Under the pieces are notes generated by a model, which worked only from the letters and a program-made list of their open reading frames with translations, made no database searches and had not been told where the DNA came from. Positions 1-11,941 of a stretch of DNA of 64,000 nucleotides are shown piece by piece. How positions within the stretch are numbered: the first letter of the stretch is position 1; each line of letters begins with the position of its first letter. The stretch comes from Octopus vulgaris (Eukaryota), in the NCBI GenBank assembly GCA_951406725.2, contig OX597816.1:46004001-46068000 (forward strand). Direction: 5' to 3'. The translations under genes and the position numbers were made by a program.

Positions 1-254
1 GGTGGCCCTCAAAGTCACTGGAAATGGAGATCTCCGGGTCCAAATTCTTGAATGGCCCCCTTGGGTGCTGCAAGGAACTGAGACTAATATGCATGAATGA
101 TTGCAAAAACCATAAAGAGCCACACTGTTATGTCTGCAACTATCGTTCCTAGAAGGCTTTACTCTCGTGCTTTCTGTCCCTTTCCATTTATATGATAGAT
201 TCTCTTGTTGTGAACAACAAATGAGGGTTCAGTAAAATAAAGTGGTAATCATGT

Positions 255-540
255 TTGATGGACACAAATGGGTCTCTTGAGGCCAGCTGATGCCTTGCAA
301 ACCTTTTGGCAAATGGAGCAAGTTGAGGACTCAGTTTACTCAAGTGCTCATGGATCATTCACTATGTGTTTTCTAGAGTGGTTGGCAAGGCCTACTTTGC
401 TTTGTACCACAAAACCACAATGACAGGTAAGGTTTCCATTTGAAAGAGCAGCATTTTGCCAGCATGCCTTCATGCTGGCATGATGTTGGTCCCAATCTTG
501 GGAGTTGATCTTGCTTAAATCTTCGAACTGAGGAGGAGCA
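255..540 (-). mobile_element. Decayed RTE-clade LINE C-terminus with two C2H2 zinc-finger-like motifs
   Basis: Minus-strand translation gives RRFKQDQL, then TCHCGFVVQSKVGLANHSRKHI (428-363) and TCSICQKVCKASAGLKRPICVH (323-258). It is broken by frameshifts and stops and has no splice context. Confidence 0.55.
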
Positions 541-1192
541 TATATAATTTATCATTATTGGATTCCCCTACTGATTTCAATGATTGAGGACTTGACTTTT
601 TTTCTTTCTTTTTTTTTTGCTTTTGGGTGTTTTTATCTATATAACTCTGACAACTGTCTCTTTTATGAGACTTTAATCCAGCCACTAATTTACAAACAAG
701 TCCACAGATTTGACATAGGAAAGAATTGTTAAAGTAGCTGGCATGTTTGCAAGTTAGTTTTTGTCTTTGCTCTCAATTCTTTATGATATTCTGGATGGTC
801 CAATTCCTAACTCTTTATGGATTTATAGCAAGTTAACAGCTATCTATGGTGATTCAATAAGTTTGTTCATTTTAATATGCACTTTTCTATGACAGCAAAG
901 GTTTAGACTGGCAGTTATTTGAGGTAGGATTTTACAGCTAAATGATCTTTTTGTTGAAAACCCTTACCTGCTTTTCAAGTAAGAGATTTTTATCCCAGAA
1001 GTCTTTGAAAGTACAGAGCAACCGACCATAATCTCTGCTGTAGGCACAAGGCCCTAAATTTCAGAAGACAGGGCTAATTAATCACATCAACCCCAGTGCA
1101 AAACTGGTACTCATTTTATCAATCCTAAAAAGATGAAATGCAAAATCGGCCTCAGCAAAATTTGAACTCGGAAAACGTAAAGATGGACATAA

Positions 1193-1420
1193 TACCTATT
1201 TCTTTACTACCCACAAGGGGCTAAACAAAGAAGGGACAAACAAGGACAGACAAACGGATTAAGTTGATTATATCAACCCCCAGTGCGTAACTGGTACTTA
1301 TTTAATCGACCCTGAAAGTATGAAAGGCAAAGTCGACCTCAACGGAATTTGAACTCAGAACATAGTGGCAGACGAAATACCGCTAAGCATTTCGCCCGTC
1401 GTGCTAGCGTTTCTTCCAGC
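1193..1420 (-). mobile_element. SINE family B, nested in an older B copy
   Basis: Reverse strand has the B-box-like GAGTTCAAATTCC, a GCCTTTCAT..GGGTCGAT..AAGTACCAG central domain and a CCCCTTGTGGG..TAAAGAAAT tail. Many copies occur in the window. Confidence 0.85.
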
Positions 1421-1867
1421 ATTCCGTCTGGCAGGCTAACAATTCTGCCAGGTTGTTGCTTAAGAGTAACCAATCATAAATGTCAACATCATCACCATTT
1501 GGTTGAAGCAGTAAGGAGTGTTGAATATCAATGTTCAACACACATACACATGATGGGTTTCCTACAGTTTCTGTCTACCAAATTCATTCACAACCCAAGT
1601 TTGGAGTGGAAGACAGTGACCAAGGTTCCAACCAGTGCAACCAAATCCAAAACCACAAGGTTGCGAAGCAAACTTCTCAACCACAAATACTAATTCATTA
1701 ATGTTAAAAACTTATAAATATTATGAGAAGACAGAAGGACTCTGCATAGTGTGTTTATATGTGCATACATACACACACTGTGCATGCATATATATATCTA
1801 TATTATAAATGATGATGATGATGAAGCTATTGGATTGTCATTTGTATTTCTCTATCAAATTTATTGT

Positions 1868-1900
<33 letters not shown>

Positions 1901-1902
<2 letters not shown>

Positions 1903-2164
1903 CTCCTGTGCAGGTGGCACATAAAAAGCACCATTTGAGTGTGGCCGTTGCCAGTACTGCCTGACTGGCCATCGTGCCGGTGACACGTAAAAGCACCCAC
2001 TACACTCTCAGAGTGGTTGGCATTAGGAAGGGCATCCAGTTGTAGAAACTCTGCCAGATCAGATTAGAACCTGGTGCAGCCATTTGGTTCGCCAGTCCTC
2101 AGTCAAATCATCCAACCCATGCTAGCATGGAAAGCAGACGTTAAACGATGATGATGATGATGAT
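1901..2164 (+). mobile_element. Retroposon family C, 5'-truncated, (GAT)n tail
   Basis: GGTGGCAC-containing units, then GGCATTAGGAAGGGCATCCAG...CCAACCCATGCTAGCATGGAAAGCAGACGTTAAAC(GAT)n. Confidence 0.85.
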
Positions 2165-2275
2165 ATATATACACACACCACACATGCAGAAGTAAAGCAT
2201 AAACATACGGGTCAAAAGATTTCAAATGCACACATGTACAAGTGTGTATATGAAAGAATGTGGAATAAAAGACAC

Positions 2276-2640
2276 AATAAAAACACTAACCAGTGATGCA
2301 TATAAATACAAACTTGTTACCAGTTCAAATATGCTTGAGGCATATTTGAATACATAAGGAAGCAATTGACTGTATTTTGTCATGGAGAAAATTTCTCACT
2401 GCAGACAGATAAGTGTAAACACACACCAAGTCAGTTCATAGCACCCTTTAACAAGACTGGTGGAAGCATCCTCTTCGGTATCAGAGACTGGAAAGGTAGA
2501 CACTGCAAACTGACAAGCGACAGGTCTCCAGTCATCACACTATGGTGACTCACCATCAATGAAATATGGAATAAAAGCGCTAAGCAGTGATGTATATAAA
2601 TACAAAATTGTTACCAGTTCAAATATGCTTGAAGCATATT
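2276..2640. repeat. 71-bp dispersed direct repeat (2276-2346 and 2570-2640)
   Basis: Direct alignment shows 6 mismatches at an offset of 294 bp. Confidence 0.9.
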
Positions 2641-2962
2641 CAATGAATGTATATCATCATAATTTTAAAAGCCACTGTTCGATTCTTGAAAGGATAAGAT
2701 GATGGTGCTTATTGAGGCAGATTTTTCTATGGCCAGATGCCCGTCCTGTTGCCAACCCTCTCTTCCATGTAACATAATATTTCCCCATGAGCAGACATGT
2801 TTGTGTAGAATACTAAAAACGAATGATGCTGTTTGTTTGACAGTGGGGATCATATATAACTATCAGGTAATGTCAAGACAAGTGAGCACACACACATTCA
2901 AAAACATACACACACATCTATCTCCCAAATCCACTCATAAGGCTTTGGTTAGGCCAGGGCTA

Positions 2963-3049
2963 TCATTTCGTTGTTCGACCGTGGTCGAGACAATGCAATT
3001 TATTATGTTACGCCAGACTTCAAGGTCCATCATAGCATTACAGAGGTCC
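2963..3049 (-). mobile_element. RTE LINE 3' end fragment (same family as 7954-8106)
   Basis: Reverse complement matches GAAGTCTGGCGTA...ATTGTCTCGACCACGGTCGAACAA. Confidence 0.8.
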
Positions 3050-3462
3050 ACTGCATGGCACCTTAGATGTCTTCCATTATCACCCCAGACCTACCAAAGC
3101 TCTAGTCAGTGGATTTGATAAGATGAAAACTGAAAGAAGCCTATTGCACATGTATGTATATATATATATATATATTACACACATATACACACCTGTATGT
3201 ATAAATGTATGTGTAAGTGTGTATGTGATTGTTTGCTTCCTTGTCTTAACATTTCATGATAGTTGCAAATGAGTGTTACTGTCATTCAAGGTGTGTCTTT
3301 CATTTCTTATAATCTGAGAAAACCATGTTTGGGGCGAGTGGGGAAATATTACCTTGCTTGGAAACAGGTGAGGGTTGGCAACAAGAAGAGCATCCAACCA
3401 TAGAAAATCTGCCTCAACAAACTCAGTCTGACCCATAAAAAGGAATAGGACATTATGATGAT
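3050..3462 (+). mobile_element. Old SINE family H (A-type head with C-type tail)
   Basis: Degenerate A-type head, then a microsatellite, then GGAAACAGGTGAGGGTTGGCAACAAGAAGAGCATCC...GACCCAT...(GAT)n. Confidence 0.7.
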
Positions 3463-4384
3463 ATGCATGCTTTATTTATTATGTGCATAACACCTGGCCA
3501 ATTTTCTTCCTGTAAAATTCAGAGGTGATCCAAGCTAGTGTAAGGGCTGAGAGTTTCCAAATCCAGGAAGACAAAATTCCTGGATCATAGTGGCCCCCTG
3601 TTCCACCAGAAACAAGCTGTACAAATGCAGCCATCAACTTAGGAAGGAAGGAAGAAAGAGAGAGAAAGAGAGAGTGTGTGGTGTGTGTGAAAATGGCACA
3701 AGTAGCAATACTGTGATATGTACATATGTAAAAGAATTAGCATTGAAAACAGCTAACAGTGATACGTGTGGAGGACGTGTGTGAAAGGGCATGTGCATAT
3801 ATGTGAGAGAACATTGTGTGGAAGAATATGTATGAGTGGGTGTCTGATTTAGTGTGCATGAGTATGCATATGTGTATGTGTAGGTGTGCAAGCACCTTTG
3901 GAGAGTAAGTATATGCGGTGTTTGCACACATGTGAGTGTATGTACGTGTGCATGAGTATGTCTGAGTATGAGTGTATATATGTGAAAGAATGTATGAATA
4001 TTAGTGAGTGGGCAAGTATTATATAATGTAAATGTATGAGTGAGTGAGTGTGTATGTGTGTGTGTGTCGTTTAATTAATTATTCTATTGAATCCAGATCT
4101 GATTATAATGTTGGTGTCTGGATACATGTTAATCAAAGTGCATATCATCTAATTTTGCTGAGAGAGAGAGAGAGAGAGAGAGTATGCAGCAAGATAAATG
4201 TGTGCATACACACATACACACAGAAGTAACCATTTAGATATCATTCGAATATCAGTAGAAAAAAATATGGATTAACATTGAAAAGGAAAGGGGAAAAAAA
4301 ATCAAGATATGGATTTAATAATAACTTAAATACTTATAGACAATATCTTGATTGAGTAGTTTTAAATGTTTCCACATGCAAATC

Positions 4385-4390
<6 letters not shown>

Positions 4391-4470
<80 letters not shown>
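4391..4470. repeat. (CA)n(TA)n microsatellite
   Basis: Directly visible. Confidence 0.95.
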
Positions 4471-4473
<3 letters not shown>

Positions 4474-4830
4474 ACACATGCACACAGACACAGAAAGACA
4501 TATGCATATATATTAACAAACATTTACATGTGTACAGACATCCATACGTATGCATATATATATAGACAGACAGATACATACACACAAGCATATACACACA
4601 CATATATATAAATACATACATACATACATATTAACACATAGATACATACACACATGTATAGACGTATCATAGAGACATAGATACACATATATTCATATAT
4701 AGGTATACATACATACAGAATTAATGCTGAAATAAAATTTTTCAGGATAACAAAATATTTCATGTGTAAAGGATTTTTAAAAACTCAACAAAGCAAAATA
4801 ATATTATCTAAATTTAATTTCTTGTGCTTC

Positions 4831-4987
4831 AAATCTAATAAGCACACTAAAATAGGAGTGCCGTTGAACATATTAAAATACATATAAGCAGGTAATAAGG
4901 TAACGGGACTCAATACTTTAATGTCTACCTATATGAATTTTGATATGTACAACAGCACTCCTGTTTTATAGTATGCTAATTAGATTT
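4831..4987. repeat. Imperfect inverted repeat, arms of about 62 bp (4831-4891 / 4925-4987)
   Basis: AAATCTAATAAGCACACTAAAATAGGAGTGCCGTTGAACATAT aligns with the reverse complement of the right arm, AAATCTAATTAGCATACTATAAAACAGGAGTGCTGTTGTACATAT. Confidence 0.85.
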
Positions 4988-5032
4988 AAACTATGGCCTA
5001 TTTCATATATGTAAATATATACATATTAGATA

Positions 5033-5442
5033 CTAGCAGTATCGCTCGGCATTGCTCAGGTTTGTTTCGACCCATTAGAATTGGAATTTTTGAAAAGTAA
5101 AAATTTTGCATTATGTAGCTTGTTATTCTCTTTAAGTGAACATTTTTCTGGTTGAAATACACCGAAAAATGGTGACACAGCTGTCAAAAAATCATAAAAA
5201 ATAGGGATTTTCATAGAAAAAAAGCACCTTTTTGATGTAAATAAATTTTGGTGTTAATTGAAGGAAGAGTAAGCTCTTGATGTAAATAATTTTTGGTGTT
5301 AACTGAAGGAAGAGTAAGCCTTCTATCATACTCTCAATTTTGGTCAACTTGCGCCGCAGGGTCTCAGAGGAGATAGTGTTAGTTGAAGGCTACCAAACCT
5401 GCCATACACAGACAACTTCAGCTTTATATATATATATAGAGA
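5033..5442 (-). mobile_element. Non-autonomous Helitron
   Basis: Minus strand starts A|TCTCTATATA...AAAGCTGAAG and ends with a degenerate GC-rich subterminal hairpin (CCTGAGCAATGCCGAGCG) then ..CTGCTAG|T. It is inserted between A and T with no TSD. Confidence 0.8.
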
Positions 5443-5544
5443 TTTACTTCGCTGTATCAAGATTCCTGGATGTTGTTATACACCACTGCTCACAATGCAC
5501 TTCTTCGAATTGTAGATTTCGAATGATGCCAAGCTGCTGACTGA

Positions 5545-5712
5545 ACAGAACATAAGTTCTTCGTAGAGTTTCTTATTTACAGCCGAGTGGACTGAAGCAA
5601 CAAGAAATGAGGTGTTTTGCTCAAGAATACAACGCACTACAGGTCTTGGAATTGAAACCCTGACCTTGTGATCATGAGTGCAACACCCTAAACACTAGGC
5701 CATGCACCTTCA
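5545..5712 (-). mobile_element. SINE family D fragment
   Basis: Reverse strand has a TGGCCTAGTG A-box, a GTTTCAATTCC B-box-like motif and a TTCTTGAGCAAAACAC CORE-like segment. Confidence 0.7.
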
Positions 5713-5719
5713 TATTCTC

Positions 5720-6490
5720 TTATTTTTTTACCCATTTCAGTCCTTTCATTGCAGCCATGCTGTGGCACCGTCTTGAAGGATTTTAATCAAAGAATTCAAC
5801 TCCAGGACTAGGTTATTTTTAAGCCTAGTACTTATTCTATCAGTCTCTTTTGTCAAACTGCTAAGCTACAGGGATGTAAACACACCAACAACAGTTGTCA
5901 TGCAGTGATTGGGGTTGGTGGGGGACAAACAAACACACACACACACATGGGTGAATACAGACTCTGCATTTCATAAACTGTACATGCCTGAATAGCTCAA
6001 GAGTAGATTGAACACTTAGGTGAATCTAATTTTCTGAAATTGCAAATTATTGTGTGTGTTTTATTCTGACTTAACTAGGTGCACCAACTTAAGTACCTTA
6101 ATCAACTGAATTTTATATTATATATATTGTTATTGGATGCTGAGGAAGGAAAGAAAGAAGGAGGATTTAACGTTTCGAGCAGAGCTCTTCGCCAGAAACA
6201 TAGAAAAAGGAAAGATCCAAGGAAGGGAAGACAGAGGGGAAAAAAAAAAACGCCAATGATACACAAGCGGTCACATATTGAATGACTGGAAGGGAATGAA
6301 TGAAGAAAATATATATACATACACACACACGATGGGCTTCTTTCAGTTTCCATCTACCAAATCCACTCACAAGTCTCTGGTTGGCCTGAAGCTATAGTAG
6401 AAGACACTTGCCCAAGGAGCCATGCAGCGAGACTGAACCCAGAACCATATGGTTGGGAAGCAAGCTTCTTACCACACAGCCATGCCTAAG
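5720..6490 (-). mobile_element. SINE family A split by an insertion (about 5950-6310) in its central microsatellite
   Basis: 3' half at about 5720-5945 and 5' half at about 6325-6490. Confidence 0.7.
6130..6310 (-). mobile_element. Penelope-like terminal fragment with minimal hammerhead-like motif (6165-6200)
   Basis: Minus strand reads gttt-CTGGCGA-a-GAGC-tct-GCTC-GAAA-CG-TT-aaat. Confidence 0.6.
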
Positions 6491-7360
6491 CCTATGTTTG
6501 TCCATCTGTAAGAATGATTTGGTAAGAAAATATTCTTTCATTACCATGGCATTTGGAAAGCAACATCCTATGCTTTTTCATAAATACAATTATATTTCTT
6601 TTTCTTCCCCTGCAAATTTATTTGTCATTATATAATTATTTTCTGAGATATCAATTCCCTTCAGTCAGCTAAATTTTGACATGCTTCTTTTGGCTTCCAT
6701 CTAATAAATGCACTCACAAGGCTTTGGTCAGCCTGGGGCAATAGTAGTAAGACACTCACCCAAGGTGCCATGCAGTGGGACTGAACCTGAAACCATGCAG
6801 TTGGGAAGCAAGCTTCGTAACACACAGCCATGCCTGTTGCATTCCCTGCCATCTCACAAACTCGAACCAGTTCAAATTTTGTGTCATATTCTGTACATAC
6901 ATAATGGGTATATATATATGGTTTATGTACGCACACACACACACACACACACATGTATATAGAATATTAGATACAGAGATTTCTGTACATCCTATATTTC
7001 AATTATCTTGGTGACAAAAATGAAGAAAAAAAATCAGAATATTACACATAGACCAACACAGGAACACAAAATAAAAGGAACGAATAGGAACAGTGAAACA
7101 GCATGAAATAAATACAAATGCCAAAACAAAAAAAAAAATATATAAATATAGCAAAAATGGCATAAAACATTTTTAAAACACAATATGAGTTCTATTACAA
7201 AAATAAACAAAAACAGTTTAAAGTTAAAAAGAAAATTATATATATATCACTAAAAATACTTCCAAAATCAATTAAAATTAAGGGGAAGAGTAAAATATGA
7301 GCAGTCCAAATTCGAATAGATCAAACAGATGCAAAACCAATTTTGCCATATTTTCATGGT

Positions 7361-7373
7361 GTTGCTAAGCAAC
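7361..7373. promoter_or_regulatory. RFX X-box-like motif GTTGCTAAGCAAC
   Basis: Palindromic match to the RFX consensus in unique, SINE-free sequence. Confidence 0.35.
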
Positions 7374-7953
7374 AAAGTATAAATCGAATCAGATTTATAT
7401 TTCAAGCAGAACGAAATGTGTGTGTAGAAAACAACTTTAAATGATTGATACAATAATATAAACAGCAGAGAAACAAAGAGAGAAAAAGGATAAGAAAAGC
7501 GAAAAGAGTGTACTGTATGAATGCCAAGGCAATCAGAAATCCAACAACCACAAGAGAAGATATAAGAAAATTAGACAACCAATCATTACAGATAAGTGCA
7601 GTTCACAAGGATATATATATATATATATATATATAAACAAACCACACTTCACTTTTCATTCACAGAAAATTGCAAAATAGTTAAATACATTCAGACTTTC
7701 CAACCACATACTTTTGTGTTAAGCCCCATATCCACTATATCCGCAGAATGACCCGAGTCTTGTGAGTGGGTTCGGTAGGAGAAACTGGAAGAAACCTGTT
7801 GTGTATGAGTATACATGTATCATTATCGTTAAATGTCCATTTTCCATGCTGGCATGGGTTGGACAGTTTGACAGGAGCTGGCCAGCCTCCAATTGTCTGA
7901 TTTGGCAAGGTTTCTACAGTTGGATGCCCTTCCTAACACCAACCACTTTACAA

Positions 7954-8106
7954 TACCAGAGGGCACACACTCTCCTACCCTGATGTAATCTCCAAGGATA
8001 CAGGCATCCAGCAACAGGACCTCCGTAATGCCATGATGGACCGTGAAGTCTGGCGTAGCATGGTAAATTCCATTGTCTCGACCACGGTCGAACAATGATG
8101 ATGATG
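7954..8106 (+). mobile_element. 5'-truncated RTE LINE 3' end inserted into a family C copy (7822-8150, minus)
   Basis: Encodes TRGHTLSYPDVISKDTGIQQQDLRNAMMDREVWRSMVNSIVSTTVEQ*, followed by (GAT)n. TSD ACTTTACAA at 7945-7953 and 8107-8115. Confidence 0.85.
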
Positions 8107-8171
8107 ACTTTACAAAGTGTGCTGGGTGCTTTTGACATGCTACCAGCACAAGTGCTCTTATGAGGCGCTCA

Positions 8172-8488
8172 GTCAGTTACCACAAGGGTTCCAGTTGATC
8201 TGACCAACAGAACAAACCACTCATGAAATTAACATGTTAATAGGCTGAGCACTCCACAGACAGACACGCAAACCCTTCACATAGTTCTCAGGGAGATTCC
8301 GCATGACACAGAATGTAACATGGCTGTGCCTTTGAATAACTGGTACACCTCATTTTTGCCAGCTGAGTATACTGGAGCAATGAGAAAGAAAATGCTTTGC
8401 TTAAGGAGACAATGCACGGCTATGAATTGAACTCACAGCCTTACAATCATGAGCTGAATACCCTAACCACTAAACCGCATACCTTCAC
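8172..8488 (-). mobile_element. SINE family D
   Basis: Aligns along its length to the D copy at 52278-52986. Confidence 0.8.
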
Positions 8489-8581
8489 AAACATGGAAGG
8501 GATATAATAAAAAGACAGAGTGGAACTCACTTTTTAGCTCTCCCTTTGTGCCTGTGTCAACACCTAGTTTTAAAATATTCA

Positions 8582-8692
8582 TAAGCTACATGGTTCCAGG
8601 TTCGGTCCCACTACACGGCACCTTTCTTCTGTAGACTCGGTTTAACCAAAGACTTGAGTGGATTTGGCAGACAGAAACTGAAAGAAGCATGT

Positions 8693-8732
<40 letters not shown>

Positions 8733-8928
8733 CACATCCCCACCATCACTTGACAAGCAATGTTGGTGTGTTTACATCCCCTGTAACATAGCATTTAAGT
8801 AAAAGAGCCTGACCAAATAAGTACTAGCTTACAAAGAATAAGTCCTAGGGTCGATTTCTTCAACTAAAATGTAGTGCTCCAGCATGGCCGCAGTCAAATG
8901 ACTAAAACAAATGAAAGAATAAAAGAAT
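8582..8928 (+). mobile_element. SINE family A (partial)
   Basis: GGTTCGGTCCC B-box, central (TG)n, and a GCATGGCCGCAGTCAAATGACT tail. Confidence 0.85.
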
Positions 8929-8929
8929 C

Positions 8930-9196
8930 ACTGGACTGACTCCTGTTCATGTGGCACGTAAAAAACACCATTTGAGTGTGGTCGTTGCCAGTACCGCTAG
9001 ACTGGCCCTCATGCCGGTGGCACGTAAAAGCACCCACTACACTCTCGGAGTGGTTGGCGTTAGGAAGGGCATCCAGCTGTAGAAACTCTGCCAGATCAGA
9101 TTGGAGCCTGGTGCAGCCATCTGGTTCACCAGTCCTCGGTCAAATCATTCAACCCATGCTAGCATGGAAAGCAGATGTTAAATGATGAATGATGAT
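8930..9196 (+). mobile_element. Retroposon family C
   Basis: Same body as 1901-2164. Confidence 0.85.
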
Positions 9197-9312
9197 TCAC
9201 TTAAACCCAGATTTATCTGTGAAATTGAAATTGTGCAGTTGGTGGTGAGAGTGAAAAAGATTAAAGATTTGAAAATATATCAAATATGAAGAAAGTTAGG
9301 TGGTCACAGACA

Positions 9313-10489
9313 AAAGGTGGTGCTCCAGCATGGCAACAGTCACATGACTGAAACAAGTAAAAGAGTAAAAGAAGAGTAAAGAGCACATGCATGTGTGTAT
9401 GTATATTTTCCCCATGTCTTGGCATGTGCATACTAATTGTAAACAAAAAGTCACCATCATATATACGCAGTGTCACTTGTTTTACAATCCTCTGCAAAAG
9501 TATGTCCAGCCATCAAGCTGTCCATTTGTCAAAAGGACTTGGGGAAGTCCTATGTCAGAGAAGAAAACAGATATGAGCATGAATTTGTAGTGTGAAAACA
9601 CACATAGCAGGCTTCTTTCAATGTTTGTCAACCAAATCCACACACAAGGCTTTAGCTGGCCCAAACCAAGAGTAAAAGACTGTTGCCCAAGGAGCCATGC
9701 AGCAGGACTGAACCTGAAACCATGTGGCTGGGAAACAAACTTATAACACAGTCACATCTGTGCATATGTATATGACCATGTGGTTAAGAATTGTGATTTA
9801 AAGCCACATGTGAACACAGTTGTTATCAATTGTAAGTTGAGCAATGTCTTGAAATTGAAATACAGAAGACAGAAACTGTAATATTTATGTCATATGCGTG
9901 CACTCCTACACCTTTTGACGTAGGAGTGACTGTGTGGTAAGTAGCTTGCTTACGGACCACATGGTTCCGGGTTCAGTCCCACTGCGTGGCATCTTGGGTA
10001 AGTGTTTTCTACTATAGCTTGGGCCAACCAAAGCCTTGTGAGTGGATTTGGTAGACGGAAACTGAAAGAAGCCCGTCGTATATATGTATATATATGTGTG
10101 TATATGTTTGTGTATCTGTGTTTGTTCCCCACATCGCTTGACAACTGATGCTGGTGTATTTACGTCCCTGTAACTTAGCGATTCAGCAAAAGAGACCGAT
10201 AGAATAAGTACTAGGCTTACAAAGAATAAGTCCTGGGGTCAATTTGCTCGACTAAAGGTGGTGCTCCAGCATGGCAACAGTCAAATGACTGAAACAAGTA
10301 AAAGAGTAAAAGAAGAGTAAAGAGCACATGCATGTGTGTATGTATATTTTCCCCATGTCTTGGCATGTGCATACTAATTGTAAACAAAAAGTCACCATCA
10401 TATACAAGCAGTGTCACTTGTTTTACAATCCTCTGCAAAAGTATGTCCAGCCATCAAGCTGTCCATTTGTCAAAAGGATTTGGAGAAGT
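9313..10489. repeat. 236-bp local direct duplication (9313-9548 = 10254-10489)
   Basis: About 5 differences. It covers the SINE A tail plus its flanking sequence. Confidence 0.9.
9917..10324 (+). mobile_element. SINE family A, full length (tRNA-derived head, CORE-like segment)
   Basis: A-box TGACTGTGTGG, B-box GGTTCAGTCCC, CTTGGGTAAGTG, central microsatellite and a GAAACAAGTAAAAGAG tail. Confidence 0.9.
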
Positions 10490-10629
10490 ATAACCATACC
10501 TGAAATCAAGTGAAGTTTAGTGACAGGAAGAGCATCCAGCTGTAAGAAAATCTGCCTCAGCAGGGTTTGTTTGACCCAAGCATATATCAGAAGGTGACCA
10601 TTAAAATGATGATGATGGTGATATATTTC

Positions 10630-10847
10630 TTAACCCTTTAGCATTTAAACCGGCCATATACAGCCCTAATCTACCAGTTTTATCTTCAGATCAACCAGAT
10701 TTGGCCTATCACACCATCCCTACAATGTCATTTTAAAAATAAACACATCCTCACAATCTCAAAGCTATGAGATAGTGCATAATCAATTCAAAACAATGCA
10801 AATAAATAAGCTACATTTGACAGAACAATCTGAATGCTAAAGGTTAA
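10630..10847. mobile_element. piggyBac-type MITE family E
   Basis: TTAA-CCCTTTAGCATT ... AATGCTAAAGG-TTAA. Confidence 0.85.
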
Positions 10848-11941
10848 AACTCTTGAGCAAATTAGATTAATATGATTTCTCTTTAAGTCACGGAATAGAA
10901 TAAGAAAATAAATAATCACAAAGAACTGTCCTAAAATAAACACTGACAGAGAAAAATGCTTCAAATAGATAACATATTTTGAGTATGAATTCAGTTTTAA
11001 AAAAACAACCAGACAGCCCAATAAGAAGTAATCTCATTATCTTACAGGTATATAATTATATCATCCCCAACTGACCCACCTAACTGATGAGACACTTTAT
11101 TCAGATCCAGACTTCAACAGAAAAATTAAATGAAGCAATAAGGACACAAGCATGGCTGTGTGCTTACAAAGTTCACTTCATAATCATGTGGTTTCAGGTT
11201 CAGTCCCTGTGTGCAACACTTTGTGCTGTTATAGCCACAAGTCAACCAAGGTCTTGCAAATGAATTTGGTAGATAGAAACTAGAAAATCCAGTGTGTATA
11301 TGTATATGTGTGCATGTATGTGTGTTTGTGTAATAATGGATTCTTCTGTTGAAAACAACATATAAGCATTCAGCTTTTGCCATATAACCTGCACAAATGA
11401 TTTGTTTATAGTGATCAAATGTGAGCCACACATTAGTTCACTCTCTTTATCAAATCAATGTTGTCTGAACAGGTACATTGCGTGTACCATGCATCAGGTG
11501 TTGAAGTATTGCGAAGCAACACAAGATGAAGTGTTTTGGTCAAAAACACAATGCACTACCCGGTCAAGGAATTGAAACCACAATCTAGCAATCATGTGTG
11601 CAACACCTTAACCTCTAAGCTATACATACATATATACACGCACGTGTGTGATAGTTGTAAAAGAGTGTCATTGTCATATAAGGCGTGACATTTTCCAATA
11701 TATGTTGTCATGGAGAAATATTGCTTTGCTTGGAAACACGAGGTTTAGCAACAGGAAGAGCACACTGCTATAAAAAAAAACCTACCTCAACAAATTCCTT
11801 TTGAGTCATACAAGCATGGAACAAGGACATTAAATCAATGATGATGATAGTGATATATATTTTGAACTTTTACAAGTTAAAGCTTGCTCATGTTTGTCGG
11901 ACTGACACCCAACATCAGTCTCACATTGGTGAGTAAGCTCG

